In this document: positions 13,900 through 26,244 of the stretch, one piece after another
How positions within the stretch are numbered: the first letter of the stretch is position 1
How the letters are laid out: each line of letters opens with the position of its first letter
NCBI RefSeq assembly: GCF_001194135.2
Contig: NC_069000.1
Span: forward strand, 5,452,970 to 5,515,921
From: Octopus bimaculoides
Taxonomy: Eukaryota
Direction: 5' to 3'
Length of the DNA: 62,952 nucleotides
Translations under genes and position numbers: made by a program
Notes under the pieces: model-generated
Told to the model about the DNA's origin: nothing
Databases searched by the model: none
What the model saw: the letters and a program-made list of their open reading frames with translations, nothing else

Positions 13900-14705
13900 T
13901 GGGTTAGTTATTTCACCGAACCCAAAAAAATGAAATGCAAAGTTGATCTCGGTGGATTTGAACTCAGACCGTAAAGACGGACGAAATGCCTCTAAGCATC
14001 TTGTCCGCCGTGGATATGATTCTGCTTGCTTGCAGTCTTAAATAGTTTCAAATTTTAGTAAAAGTCTAATAATTTTAAGTATGCCGGATAAATCGATTAC
14101 ATCGGGTCTTGTGTTCAACTGGATACTATGTACTGAGCCGGAGAAAGGAACAAGCCAAGTCGACGTCCGTGCGATTTGAACCAGAACGTAACGAGCGAGA
14201 AGAAAAGCCGTCAAGCATACGAGTTCGTTTATAATGAATCTTCCTTATACTTCTTTTTCTCATCATAGTTGTTCAATTATTACAACTATTTCTATTCTAG
14301 GCACAAGGCCTTGGAAATTTTGGAGAAGAGGACTAGTGGATGAGATCGACCCCAGTGCGTAACTGGTACTTATTTCATTGACTCCGAAAGGATGAAATGC
14401 AAAGTCGACCTCGGCAGAATTTGAACTCAGAACGTAGCGGTAACCAAAATACCATTAAACATTTCACCCGGCGTGTTAACGATTTTTTTCTATTCTAGGC
14501 TCAAGGCCTGAAATTTTCGGGGAGGGAGCCAGGCAATTACATCAACCCCAATACGCAACTGGTACTTAATCTAGCGACCCCGAAAGGATGAAAAGCAAAG
14601 TCGACCTCGGCGGAATTTGAACTCAGAACATAAAAAATAAAGACAGACGAAATACGATTAAGCATTTCGCCAGGCTTGTTAACGATTCTGCCAGCTCGCT
14701 GCCTT
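13900..14705 (-). mobile_element. Four same-orientation copies of SINE family B (tRNA-derived, Nin-domain-like)
   Basis: Repeated block GAAAGGATGAAA(G/T)GCAAAGTCGACCTCGGC(G/A)GAATTTGAACTCAGAAC at ~13930, ~14150 (degraded), ~14385 and ~14580. Confidence 0.85.
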
Positions 14706-15344
14706 CATCGATTATGATATCAGGAAGCACTATGGTTCTTTCAGAGCAGTCTGAGGTCTCTTGTGCATATCATATGCAAGATATAGTGATAGGAATTACT
14801 AATATTGTTATTTATCTATCCGGTCTATCGCTATACTGCAGAATTAAAATGAAACGCATACTAACTCCTCGGTCTTTTATTCACATATAATCTATTTAAG
14901 ATTACAATATCAAATTAGTCCTAGATATACTATATCTAAATGAAAGTGAGTTAAGTAGAAGATATTTGGTTGCTGTTTCTAGCATGTGCATGGCGACAAC
15001 GATGAACCTCTATCTCCTGATCGTTTAGATGTTTAATAATGTTTAGCCTGGGTAGTTTAGACGGTTTGGAGAACGAGAGGAGTGTACACGATAGATATCT
15101 CTTGTGAAGATCTACCGCTTAATCAATACAAATTTTATTGGCCGTGATCAAACCTCAGCGATAAAATGTGAGATTCTTAAACCAATATATTGACCTGATA
15201 ATCCGCAGAGTTCTTTTCCAAATTTGGACTGTAATTTATTGCTTATCGTTTTTCAACTTGTTTGCACTGGCGTTGTCTAGAGCTGTCCTAAGTATTCCAA
15301 CCTATTGGCTAGCCTCTGTATATATATATGAAAGTTTGTGTATA

Positions 15345-15385
<41 letters not shown>

Positions 15386-15395
15386 NNNNNNNNNN

Positions 15396-15426
<31 letters not shown>

Positions 15427-16369
15427 TGTGTGTGTCTTTGTATGTACTGTATGTACGTATTTAGAGAAAGATTTAAACAGCTAGCTAGCTAGCTAGATAG
15501 ATAGATAGATACACACATGAAAACAGCAGAGCTTCCGAGTAGCACTTGTTATCAACAGCATAGATATAAGAATTTCTGTTGTAATTCTGCATTCAGTATA
15601 TATATATATACCGGGCCCATGAGCATGGATAGGCTTTAAAAGGGTGACTATATATATANNNNNNNNNNNNNNNNNNNNNNNNNNNNNNNNNNNNNNNNNN
15701 NNNNNNNNNNNNNNNNNNNNNNNNNNNNNNNNNNNNNNNNNNNNNNNNNNNNNNNNNNNNNNNNNNNNNNNNNNNNNNNNNNNNNNNNNNNNNNNNNNNN
15801 NNNNNNNNNNNNNNNNNNNNNNNNNNNNNNNNNNNNNNNNNNNNNNNNNNNNNNNNNNNNNNNNNNNNNNNNNNNNNNNNNNNNNNNNNNNNNNNNNNNN
15901 NNNNNNNNNNNNNNNNNNNNNNNNNNNNNNNNNNNNNNNNNNNNNNNNNNNNNNNNNNNNNNNNNNNNNNNNNNNNNNNNNNNNNNNNNNNNNNNNNNNN
16001 NNNNNNNNNNNNNNNNNNNNNNNNNNNNNNNNNNNNNNNNNNNNNNNNNNNNNNNNNNNNNNNNNNNNNNNNNNNNNNNNNNNNNNNNNNNNNNNNNNNN
16101 NNNNNNNNNNNNNNNNNNNNNNNNNNNNNNNNNNNNNNNNNNNNNNNNNNNNNNNNNNNNNNNNNNNNNNNNNNNNNNNNNNNNNNNNNNNNNNNNNNNN
16201 NNNNNNNNNNNNNNNNNNNNNNNNNNNNNNNNNNNNNNNNNNNNNNNNNNNNNNNNNNNNNNNNNNNNNNNNNNNNNNNNNATATATATATATATATATA
16301 TATATAAATTAACAGAATGAGATAAAAATCCAAGACTGTGAAAAATTTCAGTACATTTATAAAGAGAAG

Positions 16370-16417
16370 GTCTTACAGCTGTTTCCGGGCTATTTTATAT
16401 ATCCCTTCATCAGAGAC
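16370..16417 (-). ncRNA. Minimal type-I hammerhead ribozyme (Penelope-like-element type)
   Basis: Reverse complement: GUCU-CUGAUGA-AGGGAUAUAUAAAAUAGCCCG-GAAA-CAGCUG-UA-AGAC. Stem I is GUCU/AGAC, stem II GGG/CCC plus UAU/AUA, stem III the palindrome ACAGCUGU, cleavage triplet GUA. Confidence 0.7.
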
Positions 16418-16524
16418 GGTGTGAGACGGTGTGAGAAAATACTTAAGTAATAGTTATTCTAGAGAAGATATGAAATAGTGAGTGAAGTGGAGGAATGAAA
16501 ATGGCTGTTTGATGTCTGACAAGT

Positions 16525-16662
16525 AGCTTGCTTACCAGCCATATGGTTCTGTGTTCAATCACTGCATGGTACTTTGAACAACTGTCTTCTACTATAGCTT
16601 CGTGCCAACCAAAGCCCTTTGAGTGGATTTGGTAGAGGAAAACTGACCGAAAGCTGCCGTGT
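16525..16662 (+). mobile_element. SINE family A head (diverged)
   Basis: GCTTGCTTACCAGCCATATGGTTCTGTGTTCAATC...GAGTGGATTTGGTAGAGGAAAACTG. Confidence 0.75.
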
Positions 16663-17096
16663 ATATATATGTGCGTGTGTGCTTGTGTGTGTATAAGTTT
16701 GTGTGTCTGTAGCCTAGCCGTGTGTAGATGTTTATAGTATCGTCATTTATTTTTATGTGTATATGTATGTATGTGTAGAATTGATAATTTAGATTTCAAT
16801 ATTTTTTTCCTAAAGATAACAGAAATCAATTGAATGTATCACAATGTCATTCATTGTCCAAATTCAGATAAAAATTAACATTTACTTAAAATTCTGTTCT
16901 CTCCATAATTTTACGGTTCAGTTAACGTAGCGAATAGTTTTAAATATCTGTGGAAATTCTTGGCGCTGCTTCGGAGAAATGGAACTCTGAAAACGGACAG
17001 TGTTTGTTTGTTCGTTTGTTTGTTGCTTTGTTTGTTTATTTGTTTGTGTGTATGTGTTCAGATATGTTATTGTGTGAGTGTACGTGTGCATGTGTG

Positions 17097-17504
17097 TTTA
17101 TGCTGGCGTCTGAATGTGTCTGTGTACGTGTGTGTGTTTATGCCGGCGTGTGAATCTGTGCGTGTGTGTGTGTTTGTGTGTTTATGCCGGCGTGTGAATG
17201 TGTGTGTGTGTTGCGCGTATGTTTATGCTGGCGTGTGAATGTGTGTGTGTGCGTATGTATTTATGCTGGCGTGTGAATGTGTGTGTGTTTATGCTGGCGT
17301 GTGAATGTGTGTGTGTGCATGTGTGTTTATGTTGACGTGTGAATGTGTGTTTGCGCGTGTGTGTTTATGCTGGCGTGTGAATGTGTTTGTGTGTGTGTGT
17401 CTGTTTACGCTGGCGTATGAATGTGTGTGTGTGCATGTATGTGTTTATGCCGATGTTTGAATGTGTATGTGTGCATGTGTGTGTTTATGTCGGTGTGTGA
17501 ATGT
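17097..17504. repeat. Minisatellite: 11 copies of core TTTATGCTGGCGTGTGAATG with variable (TG)n spacers
   Basis: Cores at ~17097, 17137, 17181, 17222, 17260, 17288, 17326, 17364, 17404, 17444, 17484; period 28-44 bp. Confidence 0.9.
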
Positions 17505-17614
17505 GTATTTGTCTCTCTATATGTGTAGGTACATAGCCTGGTGGTTAAGGTTTTGGAATAACGCTCATTAGGTCGGCGGTTCGATTTCCACACTGATTGT
17601 CATTTTGTGTTCTG

Positions 17615-17669
<55 letters not shown>

Positions 17670-18069
17670 GTTTGTGTGTAGAAATTCTTAGCATGAATTT
17701 ATATGCAACAAAACATTTATGTTGCAAACTCGTGAACAGATATAGCCCTTACCAGAATTAGATTCGCAATGAAGGTCAATCACGCGATATCGATCTTGAA
17801 CAAAATATACGCAACAAAGTCACCAGAAATTAAAAAACCGAGGTTTCCTTGAGGAAATATGTATTTCAAATTCATGATACGCAAATTTTTCTTCTACATT
17901 TTTTTTTTTTTTGGTAGTGGATGTGATACAAACCAATAGCAAATATATATCTTACTTTTTAGCTTATATTTATAACAAAACATTTCAAGGTTGAAATTAT
18001 TACCTTCTTATAAACTATCAGATATTCATTATAAAAATACACGAAGCGCAAAATACACGAAGCTCAAAA

Positions 18070-18290
18070 ACGCTAGATCGTGGGTTCGTTCCCCGGACCA
18101 AGTGGTGCACTGTGTTCTTGAGCAGAACACTTCATTTCACGTTGCTCCAGTTCGCTCAACTGCAAAAGTGTCACCCTGCAATGGAATAGCTTTTCGATCA
18201 GGGGGGACTATTGGCCTGTTCGCTTAGCCAGCATATCATTCGGAAGCTGAAACAATGCAAAGCAAGCGCATTGTGACCAACGTTATACAA
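18070..18290 (+). mobile_element. tRNA-derived SINE, third family
   Basis: GTGGGTTCGTTCCCCGG (B-box-like) followed by GTGTTCTTGAGCAGAACACTT...GCTCCAG. Related minus-strand pieces at ~55310-55445 and ~57925-58010. Confidence 0.6.
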
Positions 18291-19479
18291 CAACATCCGA
18301 TAATCTGGCCGATCACGTGATTGCAAAAATATATCGCTACATTTACATAGCTCCAAAAATATTTTCAAGCGTTTTTCTAAGTCACACTAAGGTACTTCAA
18401 TCGGATCTCTGCTCTCCAACTGTATCTGCACGGCTCTCTTTTAAGCTTTCTCACCTAGACACTTGTGGTTTTGTTAACACCTTAACGCTCGCTCTGCCTA
18501 TGTCATGTGTATCACATGTGATACAGAAGATACTGGTCCACGAATCATACATGACAGACCATCTCATATCTTTTCAGCCAACGGTGTAACTTGAGACGTA
18601 TAAAAGCAAAGCTTTATATTAATCCGAGCGTATGAAACAAGAGCAAACTAGAAGTCTGAAATGAAGCATAGGCGTTTAGGAAAAGACTTATGAACAATCT
18701 TTGGAGAGGCAAATGGTTAAGGTATTTATAAGCGTGACATGTTATAAACATCCGCAGAATCCTGAATATCACCTGTATCTTCGTCTTCATATATACCTTT
18801 TAGCATCATTTCTACAAAGCTATTTACGAATAAAAACTTACATCTTTGATCTTTTAACTTTCTTTTGATACATTTGGACAGTTATTTTCTACTCATCAAT
18901 AAAGGAAACGTATTTAATTTTCTCCCAAGCATTCCAAAGATTTTTTTATTGCTTGCATAATATTACATTTTTCCCGAAATATTTGATAGACCGCTATCTA
19001 TTATGAGTCTCTGTGATCATCTTAAATTTTCTACTAAGATAAATATGCCTTCCAAAGAGAAATAATTCCCTGCTTCATAGACAGCAACTCTGAAGATATG
19101 TTTGGTGGAATAAAACTACTTCAGTAGGCACGGAAGTTTCGAGCGAAGCAAGATCTGAAGGATGTCGAAGAGGGTTGGCCAAACATACATGTAGCGTGGC
19201 CTCGAAATTATACTTTCCAAAGTAACATTTCATAGCAGAAAATAAGTGATTATCGAAACAGTGCCATGGAAAAGAAACAAAAAAACAAAAACAAAAACAG
19301 ACGGAAGAAACATCCGTCATACAATACTTCCTGTTAAATTTCACTATAACAGGCTGGCTAGATTAGGAGATCCATTCCATTGCTGTGGGAATATCACAAT
19401 TGTAAGTAAACAAACACACACGCGTACATACACACATACATAGACACACATACATAGACACACATGTCATATGCCCACG

Positions 19480-19550
19480 GGTATATGGCGTAGTGGTTAA
19501 GAGCGCGGGCTACTAACCCCAGATTCCGAGATTGATTCCAAGCAGTGACC
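19480..19550 (+). mobile_element. tRNA-like SINE head
   Basis: TGGCGTAGTGGTTAAGAGCGCGGGCTACTAACCCC A-box/D-arm with a degenerate T-arm and no pairing acceptor stem. Confidence 0.6.
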
Positions 19551-20687
19551 TGAACAATAACATGTGGTTGGAAAGTAAGTTTCTTACCACACAGCCACGC
19601 CTGCGACTATATATGTCATTTATATATGGATATGTATATATATAAATATGTGTGTATGCATGTATGTACGCATGTATGACTGTATGTATATTCAAGAGTG
19701 AGAGAGGGGGGAAACAGAAGGCAAACTAAAAGGAAGGAGATGAGAAGAAGAGGAAAAAAAGCAGAGAGGGGGATGAAATAGAAGAGGTGAGAAGATGTAT
19801 AAGAAATAATTATATACATCCTACAGATATTGTATACAATTCAATGGAAATAAACAACAATGATATACAACAAACAATGTATCAATGTATATACATAGAT
19901 ATATTTATACGCAATAAATAAACCTGCTTTCACATATATAAAGTTACACCCACACAAACACTGCAGAAATAGAAAAGCAAAAAAAATCATATCTCTTTGT
20001 ATGTGCAACCAACTCATATGCACACACACCGACACGCATATACTTGCAACAAACAGATGCACACCAAAACAAAGAAGACGGCGTATAAAACACGTGGACA
20101 GACACGTGATTCTTTTTTTTTTATTATTTTGAAGCAATTGAATTGTATGACTACAGATTGCAGGACAATGAATCATAAATATTTCAATTTGTGCCGGAGC
20201 AATAAGTGTATTTTCGAGCTTCGGAGGAGCCTACAACAATGATATATATATATACATACACATACGCTCACATAAAACACACACATTCGCTCACACACAT
20301 ACGTACACACGCCCATACATACGCACACACACATACGCACGCAAAAAACACACACACCTACATACGCGCATACACACATACGTATACACAAAACACACAC
20401 GCACAAAAAGTAAACACACATGCGCTCAAACACAGGCGCACACACACACACACACACACACGCACGTACACTTACACACACTTATCGAAAGAATTTTTGA
20501 TTTTTTTGGCGAATGTGGTTAACGTTTCTTAAGATTTCTGAGGTTCTTTTTTCTAGTAAGTTCCGGAATTGGTGGTGGGAACGGCCATGAAGAATAATAC
20601 AGTTCTATATTTAAGAGATGAGGAGTCATGTACATTATTTACATTATTTACATTTGACGGATATTTGTCTTCATCTTGTTTGTTCTT

Positions 20688-20733
20688 AACACAACGTTTC
20701 GGTTGATATACCCTCCAACCTTCATCAGGTGTC
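20688..20733 (-). ncRNA. Minimal type-I hammerhead ribozyme
   Basis: Reverse complement: GACAC-CUGAUGA-A-GGUUG-GAGGGUAUAU-CAACC-GAAA-CG-UU-GUGUU. Stem I GACAC/GUGUU, perfect stem II, palindromic ACGU stem III, GUU site. Confidence 0.65.
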
Positions 20734-20808
20734 TTGGAGAAATTTCGAAACTAGATTCTCATTCTTAAGGTATTTTTCGATGTTAGCCCAGGTTCGAAAT
20801 TTCCCCAA

Positions 20809-20854
20809 GACACCTGATGAAGACTGGAGAGTATATCAGCCGAAACGTTGTGTT
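20809..20854 (+). ncRNA. Minimal type-I hammerhead ribozyme (inverted partner; one stem II mismatch)
   Basis: GACAC-CTGATGA-A-GACTG-GAGAGTATAT-CAGCC-GAAA-CG-TT-GTGTT. Confidence 0.6.
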
Positions 20855-20867
20855 GACAACAAACAAG

Positions 20868-21215
20868 GGTTTACAATCCAGTGTAATTCTGTGACTGATG
20901 CTCAGAGATCAGACATTGTTGTAGTTGACAAAATGATGAAAGAAACCAAATAATGATGATTTGAAGTGTGAAATACGCAGGTTGAAAGCAATGAAGAGAG
21001 GACAAGATATCAGTAGTATTTGGTTCGCTAGGAAATATCAGTACTCAATTACCGACGTGGTGCAAAAATCATCATTGCTTGGAACTGCAAGAGTTCTCCA
21101 CGTGGTTTCCTTGAAAGCATGATCAGTAAACAAGTGTCACCTAAGTCCGCTGGCTGTCGACAGCTGACACTTTCCATCATCAAACCCGGTAAAATAAACT
21201 GATATTGTTCATCAC

Positions 21216-21283
<68 letters not shown>
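20868..21283 (+). mobile_element. 3' end of RLE-type (R4/Dong-like) non-LTR retrotransposon with (TAA)n tail
   Basis: Frameshifted translation GFTIQCNSVTDAQRSDIVVVDKMMKETK...VVFGSLGNIS...QKSSLLGTARVL resembles the RLE motifs WDFxIQTD..RPDIVVVD and VVIGALG..QKxALLGTARIL. A ~100-bp 3' UTR is followed by (TAA)n at 21217-21283. Confidence 0.8.
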
Positions 21284-21285
<2 letters not shown>

Positions 21286-21443
21286 CACTAATAATTAGTT
21301 AATTATCGGAAATGGCTTTGTTTCCTGGTTCATTGATTTATTTTTACTCACGTCGTAACTCCACAAGATTTCCACAGAATTTTAAACGGTATTGTATTTA
21401 AAGGCAGCAAACAATTCAATAATTAGAATATTGGAAAAATTAG

Positions 21444-21478
<35 letters not shown>

Positions 21479-22156
21479 GTAAATGCATAAATAAATAATG
21501 TAACAAATAATGAAATCCTTCATTGCATTTAAAGAACCGCATGCAATAAAATTAGAATTTGGAAACGGAAATCCGAATTACCATTCTGTTCAGACTATTT
21601 AATATTAAAAAAAAAACATGTAAAACGCAAAATAACAAATTACAACTCGTTAGTTACGTTCATTTTATTATATATTTATTGTTATTTATTAGCGTTATTA
21701 TTCTTAGTTTGTTTATATTTTAATTTCATTATTTTTTATTATATTATTTGATTTTTCATATACCTATTGACTTCTGTTGTTGTTCGTGTTGTTCCGAGCG
21801 GCGATGGTGGTTGTGTTGTTGGGTGTGCGATGGAAATCTTCCAAAGAATTCTGTGGAATTCAATATTGCGAAAAATATAAACTTCACATTAAAAATAGGG
21901 AAATATTCAAAATTAATTGAAGGCCAAACGCAGTACAGTTGCTGTTTAATATTTCATCAACTTTCATTTAATAGCTCTGTATTCAAATCCTTTCCAGTCG
22001 TGACCATACTATCGGGAATTGTAAATTAAAATAAATATATAAACTCCTAATTAAAAATAGGGATATATTTAAAAAGCCTAAAATGGCCGGAAATTCACGA
22101 CAGCCTAGGATCCAATGGGGAGACAACTCTGTGACATTTCTGCCTCTCGTGTCCAG

Positions 22157-22254
22157 GTATCATCGGTTTTACAGTGTCATCGGTTTTACGTGTCATCGGT
22201 TTTACGTGTCATCGGTTTTACGTGTCATCGGTTTTACGTGTCATCGGTTTTACA
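22157..22254. repeat. 16-bp tandem repeat GTGTCATCGGTTTTAC x6
   Basis: Units start at 22157, 22174, 22190, 22206, 22222, 22238; inner units identical, outer units carry an extra A. Confidence 0.95.
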
Positions 22255-22377
22255 GTGAGAAATTTTGCTGCCGCTTATCAGGCTTTGCTTGTAATTTTGC
22301 CGACTTCTGAAGTGATCTTTCCCGTGGTTAGACGTTAAGGGCATTTAGCCGAACTATTATCCTATCATACATGGATG

Positions 22378-22965
22378 TATATGCATTTGTCGATCTCGAA
22401 AGACCATAGATATGCGCCTGGGTAATTTTGCATGAGCTGCTGACGGTGGTGCAGCGTCAGCTGTGGCTGTACAGGTCTATAAGAGAGTGATGGTCTTGTC
22501 TGCAGCGACTGCATTCGTAGAAACTTTCCACCGACACTACACACTCTTCCTTTTTACTAGCGCGCTTTTCTTTGGTACCAAATTCCAGTTATTCTCCCCG
22601 TCACTCCACCCGTATGCGCAGAACTTGTTTCTAACGTGAGCCACCGTTTGCGACCTCTTCCTATCTCAGGATGCACAGATCTATTAATTTCATATCTTTC
22701 TGGCAGATGTCCTTGGAAGAATTATGAGGTCGTATTCATGTTCTTGTGCCGGTGCCCGATTCCCCATACGGGTGGGGGGTCTCTTGAGATCCTCCCGTCC
22801 AACATACGGCATGTTTGACCGAGCCAGCGCAGACGCCCTTGTTGGAGCAAGGTTAATGTCTTGGACATCTTGACACTCTTGACACGGTTCAGGACTTCGC
22901 TGATATATATTCTCAGAGAAAATATTTGTCGGATATCCATGACTAGAACACGCCTGTTTCATGAG
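22378..22965 (-). mobile_element. RTE-clade LINE 3' fragment (decayed)
   Basis: Minus translations: LLQQGRLRWLGQTCRMLDGRISRD (RTE consensus LRWLGHVxRMxDGRIPKDLLYG), RPHNSSKDICQKDMK, and a terminal ECSRCRQDHHSLIDLYSH zinc-finger remnant. Confidence 0.85.
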
Positions 22966-23465
22966 AGCTTCACTGCATTAACTTTTTTATAACACTAACA
23001 CTAACAACAACAAAAGCATCAAAAGCAATAGTCTAAATAAACAATAATATTTCATCTCTGAAATATTCAGGTGCGATTGAGTTCTAATATTGCAATTCTG
23101 TTCTGCACAAAGTTAAAGGATGTGTTAAAAAAATGACGAATGTGAGAAAAATTGATTAAGGAAATGAAACGCAAAAATACGTTAATGGCTGACTGACAGC
23201 TGCCGACATTTTTAGACAGATAACATGAATACGAAGACATTGATTACATCTTTTAGAAATGATGATTGATTGAACGGCTGATGTAACACTTTAGAATGAT
23301 TTGTGGAAAGGTGAACGATTGGAAAGGTGAAGTTGACTTAAGGAATGCGATAAATTAAGTTAGTGTTATCGTATTTGAAGAGCTAGGAGTACTAGTACTG
23401 CTAACTAGAAAATAATATATGGCGAAACAGATATATACGGATATACCTATGTCCACTTACATCTG

Positions 23466-23538
<73 letters not shown>

Positions 23539-23639
23539 TTGTGTGTGTGTGTGTGTGTGTGTGAATAATGCTTAATGGACAGACTATTTATTTCTATGAG
23601 CTACCAATATTTTCATGCAATAATAGCGACACAGACAGG

Positions 23640-24240
23640 ATTTTATAACGTTTCTGGTGCATTCATGCAATTTTCTGTGCTCTGCTTGACTGAATATTGC
23701 CACCACCGCTTTATATTCCATCCCTCTGCTGATTATTCGACTCGATCACCTTTCTGTCGCCCACAGCTCTTCAACTCTTGGAATCTACGCCATCTTATAA
23801 TCTCTGTCTCGCTTAGTTCCTAATTATTCGATTCCTTCACTCTTTATCGCACATTGCTCAATAAATTCTTCTAAACTACCTATGCTTTCTAGACAATTAC
23901 TTTACCAATTCTGTGGAGCAACCATGATATATTCTGCTATCCATTATATTGATCATTCTACCAAATCAACGCCACCTTAGAGGCTGCACTCTACCGAATG
24001 CAGCGCCATGTTGTCGGCTGTTCTATATTTACCGCGGCGAAACTAGCCACAATCTTGTTTTCCCCCAATCTACGGATCCTTCCAGTTCATCTTCCCTGTT
24101 GATCTTTAACTTACAAATTTACAGAATGGCATTGCCAATTCTTGAAAGACTTGAGAATCTGAAATTGTATTTGGTCGTATTCCGACCACAGAACGCAACA
24201 ATTCTTTGCTGCCAGTCACCTTTTAATGTGACATTTTAAA
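23640..24240 (+). mobile_element. Possible highly decayed CR1/L2-group LINE fragment
   Basis: LPNAAPCCRLFYIYRGETSHNLVFP loosely resembles the post-RT motif L..RR.VA.L.LFY.Y..G.CS.EL; otherwise interrupted by stops. Confidence 0.3.
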
Positions 24241-24487
24241 CAATTGTTATTGACAGACACACACACACACGCACACACACACAGATATATATGTATGTAT
24301 GTGTATGGATGTACATGTGTAAAAGTATTTATATCTTCATATATGTGTGTGTGTGTGCATGTACACGTACATGTATACATGTTTGTATTTACGTACTCCT
24401 AGATGTATATATAAATGTATATATACGTTTATACATAGACACATAGACATGTGTATATGTACATACATGCATAAATATACATACCAG

Positions 24488-24520
<33 letters not shown>

Positions 24521-24980
24521 GTAGATATATTTGTGTATATATATATATATATGTAGATATATTTGTATATATATATATATATGTATGCATGTATGTATAT
24601 ATGTATGTGTGTAAAACAGACATTCTTTCATTAATACAAGCATATATGACAAGAAATAAAAAGACAACTCTAACAGCAACAACAACAAAACCAAGACAAG
24701 AAACAGTCAAGATAAACCAATAGAATGATTCAGCAAAAGTGCAACAAAAAATAAAAAAACAAGAAACAAAACTGAAATTATATTAAAAAAAGTAAAAATA
24801 GTTTTAAAAAAGGATAAACAAGAAGAAAATATTAACTATAATGGAGTACAGAACTTCAAGACAATAGAATCTGCTGATAACAATTTTCCATATACATCCT
24901 TGTACACACACCCACACACACACGCACACACACACACACATATATATATACATATATACATATATATGTATGTATATATA

Positions 24981-25030
<50 letters not shown>

Positions 25031-26244
25031 NNNNNNNNNNNNNNNNNNNNNNNNNNNNNNNNNNNNNNNNNNNNNNNNNNNNNNNNNNNNNNNNNNNNNN
25101 NNNNNNNNNNNNNNNNNNNNNNNNNNNNNNNNNNNNNNNNNNNNNNNNNNNNNNNNNNNNNNNNNNNNNNNNNNNNNNNNNNNNNNNNNNNNNNNNNNNN
25201 NNNNNNNNNNNNNNNNNNNNNNNNNNNNNNNNNNNNNNNNNNNNNNNNNNNNNNNNNNNNNNNNNNNNNNNNNNNNNNNNNNNNNNNNNNNNNNNNNNNN
25301 NNNNNNNNNNNNNNNNNNNNNNNNNNNNNNNNNNNNNNNNNNNNNNNNNNNNNNNNNNNNNNNNNNNNNNNNNNNNNNNNNNNNNNNNNNNNNNNNNNNN
25401 NNNNNNNNNNNNNNNNNNNNNNNNNNNNNNNNNNNNNNNNNNNNNNNNNNNNNNNNNNNNNNNNNNNNNNNNNNNNNNNNNNNNNNNNNNNNNNNNNNNN
25501 NNNNNNNNNNNNNNNNNNNNNNNNNNNNNNNNNNNNNNNNNNNNNNNNNNNNNNNNNNNNNNNNNNNNNNNNNNNNNNNNNNNNNNNNNNNNNNNNNNNN
25601 NNNNNNNNNNNNNNNNNNNNNNNNNNNNNNNNNNNNNNNNNNNNNNNNNNNNNNNNNNNNNNNNNNNNNNNNNNNNNNNNNNNNNNNNNNATACATACAT
25701 ACATACATATGTATATATAATGTATATAATATATATGCATTGTTCTTCCTTATAATAGATATGCACTTTACAACTACGTGAATACCGTTATATTAAATTT
25801 CTCGTCAAACAAAAAACAAACAGAGAAGAGCAAGTCAAGACAGCGACCATTGCAAACAAAATCACCACCACCACCACCACAACAACAACAGCAACAACAA
25901 CTACTACTACTACTACACCTACAAGATGAACAGCAAAAAGTTGCAGCAGTAGCAGCTGCATTGCTATCAGCGACGAAGAAACGGCAACAACAAGAATAAT
26001 TACATGGAACATCAAGAACTATAGAAGCAGCATCAAAGACGCTGATCAAAAAAAAAACAACAAAAAGAGAATGTAGCACATTTTTTTTATTTTTTCGGTA
26101 AATTCAACGGCTTATGAAAAGTTTTCGAATTTAATTAGTTTCATGTATGTATGTATGTATATATGTATGTATGTTTGTATGTANNNNNNNNNNCGTGTGT
26201 GTGTGTGTACGTGTGTGTGTGTGTACGTGTGTGTGTGTGTGTAT

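Larger units (their letters stand above)
20607..20867. mobile_element. Penelope-like-element-derived repeat with ~80-bp inverted arms
   Basis: Arms 20675-20755 and 20788-20867 are reverse complements and each carries a hammerhead core. The left part is homologous to 29171-29347. Confidence 0.7.

Noticed and set aside
17097-17504. CRISPR array
   Set aside because: Spacers are simple TG repeats, there are no cas genes, and the context is eukaryotic.
19480-19550. Functional tRNA gene
   Set aside because: The T-arm/B-box is degenerate and the acceptor stem does not pair; it is a SINE head.
25778-25999. Poly-P/Q/L/A ORF as a transcription-factor exon
   Set aside because: Built from CAC/CAA/CTA/GCA microsatellites; no domain and no credible splice sites.
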